The notes below the pieces were generated by a model. The model did no database searches, was not told the origin of the DNA, and saw nothing but the letters and a program-made list of their open reading frames with translations. The position numbers were made by a program, and so were the translations under genes. DNA of 62,299 nucleotides, filler included, from Choristocarpus tenellus KU-1152 (taxonomy: Eukaryota > Protista > Phaeophyceae), in NCBI GenBank assembly GCA_964200185.2. It is 9 parts of 9 records of this genome, joined end to end, with 100 filler letters (N's around TTAATTAATTAA, not from the genome) between each part and the next. Parts side by side here need not be neighbours in the genome. Positions count along the whole stretch, not along the records: positions 1 to 17,861 come from CAXNAD020000617.1; positions 17,962 to 25,621 come from CAXNAD020005799.1; positions 25,722 to 32,958 come from CAXNAD020006489.1; 6 more parts are not named here. One strand, 5' to 3'. Below are positions 13,901 to 26,176 of this stretch, in pieces (position 1 is the stretch's first letter; each line of letters starts with the position of its first letter).

Positions 13901-14582
13901 CAAGTTACACAATGCAACACTCTGCATCCCTACCACGCACATACAAACTACTGCCTTCAACAATGACTTCCCGCTATTCCTGGTGAATATCCACTACAGT
14001 TCCGAGACATACCTTGCTATATTCTTGCTCAGATACATACTCCAGAGGTCCACCTTGCATTTGAGTAACCTCTTCCTCCTTTCCTCCCCTTCTCCTTTCC
14101 ATTGATCCTGCTACCAAGGCTGATGGACCATCCCTGACTCCATTTCTATCATCGAAGAGCTCCCTAACACTGTTCTCTCTTTCAGATGTGGGGCATTCAC
14201 AGAGAGACGGTCAGGCAAAGGGGGTGGGTAGAGGGGAAGGAAGGCGCACCTCAGTTACCTGTTGAGGACATCCAGAGATGTAACCCCAAGCACAAAGCAA
14301 TGCGAAAGACCAAATTTTTTTCTACCTTTGTCAAAAAAAAACTACGGAAAACATATACCCCTTTTGTGCATCAATTCAACACTGAATGCCTGTGCTGTGT
14401 ATTGCACCAACACACACGCGAAATACTTGCACCTTGCTACACTCAGTTCCACAGAGAGGGGTGTAGCGGAGGCATCAGCAGAAGGAGAGTTTACTGGGGA
14501 GATTGGGGCAGAGTTGCCCAAGAAGTCAACCATTCCTGGTAAAGGAAGTGCCACCTGCAGTGGAGTGATGGTGAATGATTGA
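4908..14582 (+). CDS. Multi-exon gene, uncharacterised Gly/Ser-rich protein with predicted coiled-coil/helical segments
   Basis: Start context caaaATGg. Phase-consistent exons: 4908-6190, 6881-7271, 7653-7897, 8368-8438, 9203-9904, 10570-10790 (GC donor), 11505-~11800, 12857-~12933, 14186-14209, 14455-14582 (TGA). Heptad-like segments include FLQEENIRLKQRVEELL and LRGQVAQLRRQVQLQ. The 3' ends of exons 7 and 8 are ambiguous. Confidence 0.7.
7280..7350. repeat. (TGTGTA)n microsatellite at an intron start
   Basis: About 11 hexamer units just after the donor at 7272. Confidence 0.95.
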
Positions 14583-14989
14583 GGTTGGGTTGGGAAGAGA
14601 TGTGAGAAGGGGTGCACTCTGGAGGAGCAGGGGATAAGGATTCTTTAAAAGGTTTAGGGCATAGCCTATGGGATGAGAGGAAAGGAGGTGTACTTCTGAT
14701 GCAGAGTGGGCATAGTGGGTAAGTGTGTTAGATGAATAAAGGCAGGGATATGTATAAAGGCAAGTGCTGTTTTAAGGTATATCCCACAATGGACCCACAG
14801 ATAAGTTGATACATGATGTGCTTTGGCAGAGGACAGTATCTGGCATGATGTGAATAAATAGTCCTAGTGTTAGAGGGGGCTAATGGCTTCCATTCCATTT
14901 ACTGAACTAGTGGGGGATTGCAATCATTCGCATTAACTTACTACAAATCATGTACTTGTCTTCAGAATGACGAGCCTATCTAGAACAGA

Positions 14990-16640
14990 AAACTAATCAC
15001 ATCAATCAGTTAATACATCGGGTGTATGATGTTATACACCAAGTACACAAACAGAGTGTTCTGACTACACACACTGGTATGTCCATCACTGGCTCTCCAT
15101 CCTCCCTTCTACTCCACCGGTGGTGTCTATAGCGTATCAGTAGCACCATCCACGAACAGGTATTGGCTTGAACTGACCATTTCTCACAGGACATCACAGT
15201 GTGATTAAGTAGCTCTACAAGTCAGAAGAATCTCAGCATCCTGCTTGGTCCTTACGGGGGGCCATCAAAAAGGTGATCTCCTCTTGGTCATGACCAGAGG
15301 TTTCCTTTGACCAGCACAACCTCAGATCGGATTCCTCACCAACACCATATACACGCCTCTATCAAAAAGAGCAAAGGCACCCAACCCAATATATGAGCAC
15401 ATCGCAATAATTCACTTACTCTAAAAAAATATTGCAAAAATATACACCAACTATCTGTAAGTACTTCAAAAACATATCTGTCCTCTCCTCAAATAAAATA
15501 TTCCAGAAAATTCTTCACTAACAACTCGCTCCATCCCATCAACAATGCAATTCATGTACAATCCTAGCAGAGAACATTCCCCACAGCTGTCCCAAAACGT
15601 TGAGAGGACATGTAAATAGGAGTCTGCACGATCCTCCAGCTTGCCAAGCAATACGTTACACGCAATCAAGCAACCAATTCCAAGCAACTCGTCCTCCCTC
15701 CCCTACCCCGAAGTCCCATGAATCAATATGGTACCTAATAAGAACTCCATGGGACACCTTCCAACCTCTGTAAAGTCGGATCAGAAATTTCTTTACCTAT
15801 TTCTGCAAATCGCTCCACCCAATAATACTTGCACAGACTATTAGCGCTGTCCACATATACAGGGTCCACACCTCTGCCAACCAATGTAAGATTGAGAGGC
15901 GCTTCAGACCATTGGGGCCTCTACATTGAATAACTATTGGGTTGGACACTCCCTCCACTTTCCCAAGAGCATCCTTCGCCGCCCACCACACCACAGGGTC
16001 GTGTGGAAGTCGTCCACCACGAGCTCTGCCAGATCTTGCCTCTACATCCTTCCTTAGATGAAAAAGTTTAGCAGGGGCTTAATGTGGGTTGATCAGCTAC
16101 TCAGCCCAAGCTGCTTGAGCTTTCTATGAAGCGGCGGCTCTGGGGTCACCCAACTGTGCAGACAATGAATACACCACCGTACGCCTCCTGAGATAAGTAG
16201 CCTTCACGGCCTCCTGAAGGTCAGCCAGATTGATGCCTTTGTGACTGCTGTTCCTTTTCTGTAGCAAGTTGAGGGCACGATCATGAATGCACTCCCAGAT
16301 CACACATGCTCTGCCCGGCCCTTCTGCTACCTATATTGCTTCCATAGCTGCCTGACGCTCCTCCAGGAGATGTCGAGCATGCCACAACCTGTTTCGAGAT
16401 TCTTACAGCAGGGTGGTATAATGCTATTTCTGCTGCCTGCAAGGAGAACCGCCATCACAGGCCTCGTCTCCAAATCCATCAGGTTCTTCCTCTTTAGTGT
16501 CTTGATGTCCCTTTCCTTCTCGGAGATAATCTTAAGGCAGAGGGAAGGAAGACCTTTGACCTGGCCTTTCAAACCTTGAGGTCTGTCTCCCCCCTCTTCA
16601 CTGGTTGATGGGAGTACCTCGACCGACTTCAAAACTCCCA
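14990..16640 (-). pseudogene. Degenerate Ty3/gypsy-like pol relic
   Basis: In minus-strand order: GCLIACNVLLGKLEDRADSYLHVLSTFWDSC (resembles the RT region around YxDD), then CSWMVLLIRYRHHRWSRREDGEPVMD (resembles the RW..L....I.H..G..N..AD end of gypsy RNase H). Riddled with stops. Confidence 0.4.
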
Positions 16641-17057
16641 AATCAAATATTCAGGCCTTGAAGATTCCAATACATTAAAAAATCGTAAAAAAAATCCCAA
16701 TAAAGAGAGTTAAAATATGCGAGACCATATGGACCCTACATACATAGAGAGAGATAGTACGCCGACAGTGCAGGGAAACTGAAGGCCAGATTGAAATACA
16801 GCGAGCAAATTGATCTTCACCCTCTTATACCCCAAAAATGTGACAAATGTAGTCATTCTTGTCACCACTCTATCAATAAAAACTCCTTCCTCATCGTTGT
16901 TTTACAAGGTGCCATCTATACCTAGAGAGACTTTCCCAAACCCTCACAAATACTCTCAACCATAAAAGAGAAAGCAAACAAGAAGAATACGCAACTATTC
17001 AGTACCAGCCTCTTAGTTCTGGGCTGTCCCTGCCACAGCCTACTACACAACACTCAC

Positions 17058-17279
17058 TGGGGGGCTTCCTGGAGTGCCACAAGCCTGCTCGTCATTTCCA
17101 CCATCACCAACGCCGCAGTCTCCACCCTTTCCTGACAGGGAGCTCGTGTCTCCGCTGCGTCTGATGCAGTTGTCGCTCTCGCTGTCAGCTTGTGGTGCCC
17201 TACAGTTGCTGAGGTGTGGAAGGCGCAGGGGTCGGTGGGCCGGAGTAGTGGTCGAGAGGCTAGGTAGAGATACCACCAT
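17058..17279 (-). CDS. Possible isolated first exon of an unknown gene
   Basis: GC-rich open frame MVVSLPSLSTTTPAHRPLRL...GSPP followed by a strong GTGAGT donor. No downstream exon was identified. Confidence 0.25.
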
Positions 17280-17861
17280 AGATGAAAAGGTGCAAGTAGA
17301 GGGATACATCAATGTATATATTTCACTTGATAAAAGGGATGTACACAACACAGAAAAAAACAGTACGCTCAGACAGTATATTGATCAACGACTTTGTCTC
17401 CTCTATTACACACGACGATGATGTTGCTGCGAACCACGCTGCTCTCACGGTCGAAAAGTAAGATCTAGAGCAGTCCAAGGCGGTTACACCTATCCCTATC
17501 TTGCATGCACGGGGGTATTAGAAGCAACGGGACTTCATCCAGCACGATGTGGCACAGCAACTAATGGCTTTTACAAACACTCTTAACCACTGTGTGAGCA
17601 AGCACTGCAAAGCATTTCAGAAGGCAAAACCTATGCTCGTTTCTCTCCTGCTGAAAGGGTATGAACAATCGACAGGGAGGATGGAAAGGAAGCAGCAGGT
17701 GGATGTGAGGAGGAAACAGCCCCAACCATCTGGCTACACCTGGCAAGAAAAAATCATCGCCACGATTACGGTCCTAATTTGTCAGAGAGTTTTCATCACC
17801 TTAACATATACTCGGTCTGGGTAAATACTCCATAACCCCCCCCCCCCCCCCCCCCCCCCCC

Positions 17862-17961
17862 NNNNNNNNNNNNNNNNNNNNNNNNNNNNNNNNNNNNNNN
17901 NNNNNTTAATTAATTAANNNNNNNNNNNNNNNNNNNNNNNNNNNNNNNNNNNNNNNNNNNN
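17862..17961. other. Artificial contig linker N44-TTAATTAATTAA-N44
   Basis: Identical 100-nt spacer with stops in all six frames. Also at 25622-25721, 32959-33058, 42155-42254, 46690-46789, 50929-51028, 53995-54094 and 58621-58720. Confidence 0.97.
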
Positions 17962-18031
17962 CCAAAAATCGTGAGATGAAAAAATTGACCCCAAATGGAC
18001 AGCCGCCACCCCCTCCCAGATACTTTGAGCC
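17962..18031 (+). mobile_element. MITE family B, partial (contig edge)
   Basis: CCCCAAATGGACAGCCGCCACCCCCTCCCAGATACTTTGAGCC matches the end of the full copy at 46064-46248. Confidence 0.88.
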
Positions 18032-19831
18032 AGGAGTGACTTTCGGTAGAGTGCACTGGGCAGTCCAAGAACGTCATGCACATATATGCCCTTGCCCCCT
18101 CCTGGATGACAGCTCTCTAAAACACTATCACTTCATTTAGTGTGTAAAATGTATGCAATCAATATCGATTTGAGCAGAGCTGCTTTCAAGGCGTTTTGTC
18201 ATATGCGCATATTCTTGACACCATCCCAAAAAGCTTTTTGATGAATCAAACATAATCGACACACTCCTAGATATACATCTTATCAATTCAGCCTGCTGTA
18301 GAGATGCTACTTCTTTAGGTTGGAGAAGACCCTCGACTATCACACTGCACAGATCACATTGTACTTTCATACAAGACTTCCTCTAAATAAGACCTTCACT
18401 CGAGCCACACATCAACACTCAAATGACATGGACCAAAGCCCGACATGGTGCAAATTGCGACAAAGAATCACCCAACATCTGAACTGGGAGCCGATCCATC
18501 CACTCCAGAGACGATTCTCCTCCATTTCAGGTCCAAAAATACCCACTGATTGGCTTCAGCAGCCTGTCATGGTATCGCAAAACGATTCTAGAAATTGCAA
18601 CGCACCAATCATCTGCACATCTAGTGTTAAACATCATTGGCAATGATCGAAGAATGGCAGGTATAAAATCCCATATATGCGAAGCTTCCCCAGCTTGCTT
18701 CGTGCTCGAGTTGTGCTTGATGAATTAAGGGCAGGGAAATGTCTACTAGAGGTCACTCTTCACGAGGAGCCCGATGTTGACCTACCCCACTCTGGTTCGC
18801 TGTTTGGGAAGATGGAGTGCAGAGTTTTGAGCCCTTGATATATATGAATAATGTTGAGTGAGTGTGTAAGGTTGCTTGGAGAAAATTGGTTGAGTTCTGG
18901 GTAGAGATACGTTGATAGAGAAAAAGTATGTTGTCTATTCCTTGTAGTACAGGCATCAATGTTCATCGTCACATGCGTTTTTTGTATAGCACTAGTTCCC
19001 ATGGTTGAACTTAGTGTGATCTTCCTTTGTTGAAGAATGAAAAAAACTGTAGATTAGGGGTAAGATAGGAATAAGTACAACATTCTACATATTTTTTTTG
19101 TTCAAATAATATAAGTTATTATTTGACATTTTTCACGTACACACAATATCAAAAGGTACCATTTCATTCATATTTGTTTTCGAACAAAAAATTTATGTAC
19201 GTAAATCAATTCTAACCTAAAGGTTACTACAGAATAAAATGTTCAAAATATTGCTGGATAGAAATGCCAGAAAGTTTCTAGGATATATCGTAGGACGAAG
19301 AAGTTGCTTCTAAATAGTTACACAAACTATAAATTCCTTTTTTGAAGTAACCTACCATTTTCAGTGTTGGAGTTTGCGACAAAATATCTTCGTAATTTCG
19401 TATGTGTCTCCGCTGCTGTTGAGAATACGGTTGTTTTCCTAGAACATATCCTAGATTTTTTTCTGTTCAATTGTTTTTTTTCTTAGTTTAATTTTTGTAG
19501 TATGTTTTAAGATAATATATGTCTATATCAACACAATCAAAATCAAGAGTCATAATCCCAAACAACATCATTCTAACAATATTGTAGAAATATATATTAT
19601 TTGTTTCTTTAACATTTTGAAGATGTGGCAGGGAAAAAGTACCTCAATATCCTACGAAGTTCAGGTAAAAGTGCAGTTGTCGTCATCATTGTTTCGATTC
19701 ATATCACACGAGTATGCAAGTTCACGATCTGTTATCACTAGGAATACTGGAACCTAGAACTAGTCTGTAAGGTGATACATGATTAGGTTTGAATTCGTTG
19801 CAACTTACATGCCCAGCACCTGTTCGTCATA

Positions 19832-22800
19832 ATGTCAAGGAGCGTATTCCCTAACGCAGACTTGGAACCATTGTCAACAAGTTTTTCTATTTCGATTCGG
19901 TGGAGAGTGTACAGAGGTATTTTAATAGGAGTAATCTATCTTTATGCTTGTTCACCTGTATCTCCAAACCCTGTCATGGAATCTAACGAGTATGACATTC
20001 ACAATAATTTACAAGCTGTGTTCTTACCTTAGTGACCATGATGACTTCCACTCCATCCCCCTACCCCCTTCTTTGTGATTCCTCTGATTGCACTATGCAA
20101 CATGGTGGAAGAGAGTCGTTGTTTGTTGAAGTGTCGAGGGACAGGAGAGAGCAAAGTCAGGGAAGAGGAAATCCCAAGAAATAGACCCATTTTGACTTTT
20201 GCGGTATGGATAAGCAATTGACAGGTCCGACATTCAAACTTGAGCGTGCTCTATCACGCCGTGTTCGGTCGGATGGGGATTTTGCCCATCCTATCGACAG
20301 GCGCGGGTTGCTACGCCATCAGACAAGGACCGAAAGCCATCGCGATGTTATCCCATCCATTGCGAAGGACTTCGAATCCGTGCTGCAGTCGGTGAGAGCA
20401 ACTTGATCTCCTTCAATATCTGATCTGAAAGGCAACGCACGTGCACTCGCACTCAATTCGCACTATCGAGGTCACACTCCCAAGACTGTACTTCCTGCTC
20501 AATGGACGTAACGATTGCGTCTTGCTAACAACAAACTCCTTCCATTACCATTGTAATCACACAAAGGGACTCCTGCACTGCTCCGAAGATGCTTCTAAAG
20601 CAACGGAGATCGTAACCATACATGCGAAGGAACCTCAAGGCTATGACAGTGATGATTGTGAAGATCTCGACTACAGTCCACCACTAGTACGGAGACTGAC
20701 CTCGGACCCCAGTATCAACCGAAGTTCCAACACGTCCGAGAAGAAACGCCTTGTCCTAGTGGATATTGATATGACGCTTGATGATTTTGCCGAGGCGGAA
20801 TACATCGCACAGGTATGTGAGGCGGGGTTGTGCAAGGTCTGGGTTGTTTTTTCCACATGATAATTCGCCTAGGTCTCTCAGGTTTCATCCAGTAACGTTT
20901 GCGAATAAGTTCTTACTTTTACTTTTCTGTCGCAGGCTCTGACCAGGGCATCTTTTTCCAATTCCTAATTTCGAGACCAAGTCATGTCCTCCTACACGAA
21001 GAGCAAACCAAACGCTTTTTTTTTTCCTAAAAAATTGCTCCAACCACATGAGTTCAAGGATGTTAGGGTTAAATTAACCTGCACTTCCCTTTAATGACCT
21101 TGTTCTAGTACTGATTGAGAGAACAGGACTTGAAGATTGCTTTATCGTTTATCAGGTCTTAGTGTGGAGACCTGCTGCCCATTGATGAGTAGTCAGGGGT
21201 GGTTCATGTTGATGTTGTCATGTCAAACCTATGAACAATATTTTTTCCTGTTCAGTCCGTTATGATATGGAAGTCTGCTTAAGGATGTGGTGAAGTGATC
21301 AAATGGAGAAAAATGATGTATTATATACTCCTTATGTTCTAGTCCTGATGCAGGTCATGTCTTATGTTTGGTACTTAATTGTTCTCTTCAAAGACCGTCG
21401 GCAGATGTTAACTCGTTGCTTCAAACTGTACCACCAACTCAATTCTCTCACCCACTATTTGATCGAAACAGGGTGCAATGTGCCAGTGTTTCAAGACCAC
21501 TTGGTCTGAGTCTTCCAGTGCTGAGAAGGGCAACGAGAAGATAATATTGAAGGTTCCCATTGATGGGGGGCCTGAAGAAGCTGAGAATGATCTGCAGATC
21601 GAGATTCTAGTTTTACGACAAATCCGACATCCAAACATTGTTCAACTCGTGGGAGCAGGGACAATCCCGGGAGGCAAATCGTAAGATGACCCAAGAAACC
21701 TTTTCCCTCTGGAAATTTTTACGAACTATGCAGATGGTGTATGATATGTGGTTAAGTGCTTGGATATTTTTGGACATGGTCCTTGTGTACTCAGGGTTCT
21801 GGTTGTAAGTGCATTATTGAAAGGTACGAGGTCTATATTTCACAACTACTTGCATGTCAAATGTATGAGTTGGACTCCAAATTCTTCAAGTCTCCTCAAA
21901 TTACTTAATACCATGCATCCAACATACTCTTGAGGACATCTCTCACTATCTAGAAATTGTGTTTGCAATTGCTAAAACATTGACTACCCTGGGGACCTGG
22001 CAGTAAATATATTCGAACCAACTTACGTTTCATACATAACCCAAATGTTAACCTTTAGATTTGCTGCTCTGGAGTTTCTGGTTGGTGGGACATTGCGGGA
22101 GCGTCTGGACAGGTGTGGTGGGGGCCTAGGGTTGAAGGCAGGCATGAAATATGGTCAGCAGCTTGCTTCTGCACTGGAGTACTTACATGATCAAGCTCTT
22201 CATGGGAAGTGAGAGGCCTAGAAAGAAGGTTACATAGGTCCTTCTGACCTTTAGTCCCATCTCTACGTGGTTGTGCTATAGGGTGATAGGATCATGATTG
22301 GGCTATGCGGAGGGATGAAGGGTGTTGGGTAGAGCTCCATCAGAAAGTGGAATTGTTCGTTGATTTGCTTCGAGTATACATTGATGCTCTTGTCGCTCTT
22401 TTAATTTCCCACATTTGTCTTCACAGAGCGCCCATTTTAAGGCCCAAGCATATCAACACGTACACCTTGAAGCATATACTTACTGGAAGTTGTCTAGTGT
22501 TTTCAAGGATTGCAGGTTCAATGTTCACCAGGTGCAAGTGTGATACGCGATTTGCAGCATAGTCATAAACTAATTGAATGGATTGAGTGCCTCTGCCAGA
22601 GCATTTCTTGTGTAGAAGTTAGAGTTCTTTGCTTGACGTCATTCCAAACTCCCGTTGCTCCATTGAAGGATTGTCATGCACCGTGACCTCAAGCCAGCCA
22701 ATGTTGGCTTTGGAGCAGATGGTAGTTTGAAGCTGTTCGACTTTGGCCTAGCGAAGGCTTTTTCACGCAAGAAGAGGGGTATGTCCTGCAAGTATAACAT

Positions 22801-24845
22801 GACCGGGGAGTCAGGTTCACCACGGTACATGGCACCAGAAGTTGCATTGGGAAGCTTGTGAGTCTCTCATCCCCCTGACATGCTGTGTTTTCCTTAAACG
22901 TAGTATTGGGTTTAGGGGATATCCAAGTGAGAAAAAGACAGGCGTAAGAGAAAAGCCTTGAAGAAGGTAGTATAGTCATATGGTTTTGTTCTCTGTCAAG
23001 TGGTTGAGAAATATACTAAATAGCCGTACCTTCCTGAACTTGTGGGTTGAAAGTGCCTTCATATGTGTGCCTCCTTCCTAGCATTGATGTACTCTTTCAA
23101 GTACTGTTCCAGGCTCTGGTTGTCTCTCATCTCCCCAACGGATATATGTTGAAGATCGGATAGGTGCAAGGAAGTGTTGCTTACATAGTAAGATCTTGCA
23201 GTCAATACCTCTCACTGTGATGTTGTATCTGTTACTCTCCGTTCCCCTCAGGTACAACGAGAAGGCAGACGTATATTCCTTTGGCATTGTGCTGTGGTGA
23301 GTACAATGGCAGATTTGTTATCATTGCTCTCGATGTTTAGTAGTATTGAGTGAAACGTTGTGAAGATGAGGAACCCTACCTTGGTGAGAAGGAGGGAGAT
23401 CTTGTGTGCTTGGTTCATGACCGCCTTGTCTACCACTGCCACCACCTTACTCTCACTTGAAGTCCGTTGAAATATTCCTGCTCTTGCACTCTACACAGAT
23501 CAATCGCATCATACACGTTTCCACTTCATTCCTTTAAGTATTCATGCTTGCTTGTATATTGTAGGGAGATGATCACTGGGCGTCTACCATATGCTGGTTT
23601 TTCACTGCAAATCTTCCATGAGAGGGTTGTGCAGGTGAGGGGTATCTTCTTCACAAATGACCCTTCTCAGCATCTTGTTTCTAGTTACAAGATCATCCAA
23701 GTCGAGCACTGCTCCATCTGACAATTTCAAGTGTTTGGAAGTACCAGGGGCATCTGTCATGCGGCATTATCTGCTACGCTTGGAATTTGACATGTATATT
23801 GACATCAGATTTCGTCAGTGAAGCAAGGGATTGTTTCAATCGAGATGAGGAGTCAAGGATGGCACACATGAATGAACACACACATACTTACCGTGTGTAG
23901 CATGGGGTCAAGATGGGACTAAGAAAGATGTGGTATATAGTAAGGATGTTTGACTGGAAAGTACTCATAGTGGGAAGGAAGCCACAAAAGGTGTGCTCAT
24001 TGGCTTTCCTCCAGTTCTCACCAGTTTGCAGTGCACTAGTAACTTGATACATCTTCGAAAGATATTGATGCTGGATGTAGTAGTGGTGAGGGGTTTTTTT
24101 GCAGCACTCCACTAGCTGTCTCAAGTCTTGTTTGCCTTCCAATCTGGTGAGTAGATTATCTACTGTGAGTGACCAAGTGCATACTTCATCAATGATTTTT
24201 GCTTAATGAGAGGCAATCGCATTTTATTCATGCGTGTAAAGACTCACGCGATGTTATTTTCCGTTTTCACTGTGCAGAAAGGGGAACGCCCTCTTTTACA
24301 GTTCTCCTGGCCAGTTGATGTGAAGAAGTTGTTGGAGTCAGCATGGGCTCCTAACATCGATGATCGTGTTTCCTCCCGAGAGGCCAATGTGGTGAGGGTG
24401 GGCAAAGGTTGATTGAATATGTGGGTACATCATTTATTTCTTAGTGTTTTATACCTGTGAATATACATGTCTAGATTATTTGTTACAAAAATGAAGAATT
24501 CATACTGATGAGAAGGCCAAACTGTTCCCACAAGTTTGCCCAGAAATGGGACTAAATATGTAGATACACTTTTATGATCTTGAATCGTCTTGGTAGTACA
24601 AGTATACACTTCAATGTGTACCAACTCCGACATAATTGCTTGTGACACATCCATCCTTGCCCACATCCTCCTCTCCCCGGTTAGAACATTTGTTTTCTTG
24701 CCCCATATCTACATGATAGTCATGGTATTGACTGCCTGCTTCTCCACGTGCTGGCTTTGTGGTTTTCATTTTTTGACAGGTGTTGAAAGCAATTGCCAGA
24801 GATCTTGAATCATTGCCCAAGAAGCGAGGTATTTTTTCCAGATGA
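19832..24845 (+). CDS. Protein kinase, TKL-like (stramenopile HRDLKPxNVGF type), 10 exons
   Basis: All GT-AG, phase-consistent exons: 19832-19916, 20225-20391, 20567-20812, 21472-21680, 22059-22208, 22669-22857, 23252-23296, 23565-23634, 24278-24391, 24780-24845. Motifs IILK, HPNIVQLVG, HRDLKPAN, DFG, GSPRYMAPE, DVYSFGIVLWEM, GERP. Exon 1 is the least certain. Confidence 0.93.
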
Positions 24846-25436
24846 TTTAAGATCACTACTTTTTTCCTCTTGCAAATTGCAATTAGATCATAGAAACGAA
24901 GTTAACCGAAGGAAGAGATTATGTTTTGTTCGTTTATGCTCTCAGATTAGACAGTTAATGATATTGATGTACACAATTTGATGGCGCCCCAGTCTTGCCC
25001 TTTGGTCTCCACGTATCTTGTTGGATTCCCATTGTGAAGAACCCATCGATCGCTTAGGATTTTTTCTCACCTGTATTTGGCCACCTGTAGATACTCCCAC
25101 CACCTGAACACCAATATGAGTGTATGATGTTGCACTTTCTTCTCTGACAGAGAGGTTACATAGATTTTGCTTGTTTAGGAATTTCTTGCCTCCATCAGAA
25201 GTATTGCCTTGCAATGCTCCTGCAAGAAAACTGTGTTGCGTAACTGTTTACAATGCATCAAAACTGCAGAAGTACTCTGGCTCAGAAATGTTGAATCTGT
25301 TTCCAAAACATAGGAGCAGAAAGATTTGTGGTTGAAATACTTCCATGTAGATTTTGGAAGTTGGGAAACACCCCCCTTGTGTCTCCGGATTTGTCCTTGT
25401 TTTTTTTTGTCTATTCTCTTCTTCCCTTGTGTTCAT

Positions 25437-25621
25437 GAGTGAAAGTATCTTAGAGGGTACCAGTTTTGCCCTGTTTGTCCATTTGGGGCTTGACATCCCA
25501 TGGGTTTTTAATGACATACTACCTCCTCCAAAAGGTTTCCGAGTAGGTAAAATGTATACACTATGAAAAGATGTGTCCGGAACAAGGATATTGACATCCC
25601 CTAACAATCACAATAGCCAAA
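25437..25621 (-). mobile_element. MITE family A, partial (runs into linker)
   Basis: Starts GAGTGAAAGTATCTTAGAGGGTAC; internal sequence matches the other A copies. Confidence 0.92.
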
Positions 25622-25746
25622 NNNNNNNNNNNNNNNNNNNNNNNNNNNNNNNNNNNNNNNNNNNNTTAATTAATTAANNNNNNNNNNNNNNNNNNNNNNN
25701 NNNNNNNNNNNNNNNNNNNNNAAAAGAAAAAAAAGGAAAAGGAAGA

Positions 25747-25778
<32 letters not shown>

Positions 25779-26147
25779 AGGGGGGAGGGGGGAGCGCACA
25801 TGTTTGGAGATCTGGGGTCAGAACTTGAGAACAGCACTTCCCTAGTTATCACATCTATTACTAAGAAGGGTTCATACAACAGAGCAGAACCAGCATCCCA
25901 TCCACGAAGTGGATGGCCAAGCCAAGATTACATCGTGAGATATTTTTCTACTGAAATGTTTCAAATAATTTCTTCAGGCCATCTCCGACTTCACAACTAG
26001 ATAGATCGGTTCAGTCATCACTTCTTTTTTTTTTCTCCTCAAACCGTGTATCAGCCAAGTATTATTTTTAATACAATACACGCACATGTAGTGTTGATAC
26101 CTTCCTCCTTGTCTACTCTCTAGACCCCCCCACCCCCACTCCTAAAT

Positions 26148-26172
26148 CTCAACCTCAACCTCAACCTCAACC
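26148..26172. repeat. (CTCAAC)n microsatellite at an intron start of the elongase gene
   Basis: Four units directly after the minus-strand GTAAG donor. Confidence 0.85.
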
Positions 26173-26176
26173 TTAC

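Noticed and set aside
17862-17961. TTAATTAATTAA palindrome recurring eight times
   Set aside because: Always centred in an identical N-padded 100-nt spacer. It is an assembly linker, not biology.
18032-18960. Stop-interrupted minus-strand reading frame
   Set aside because: Probably a mobile-element relic, but no diagnostic motif could be identified.
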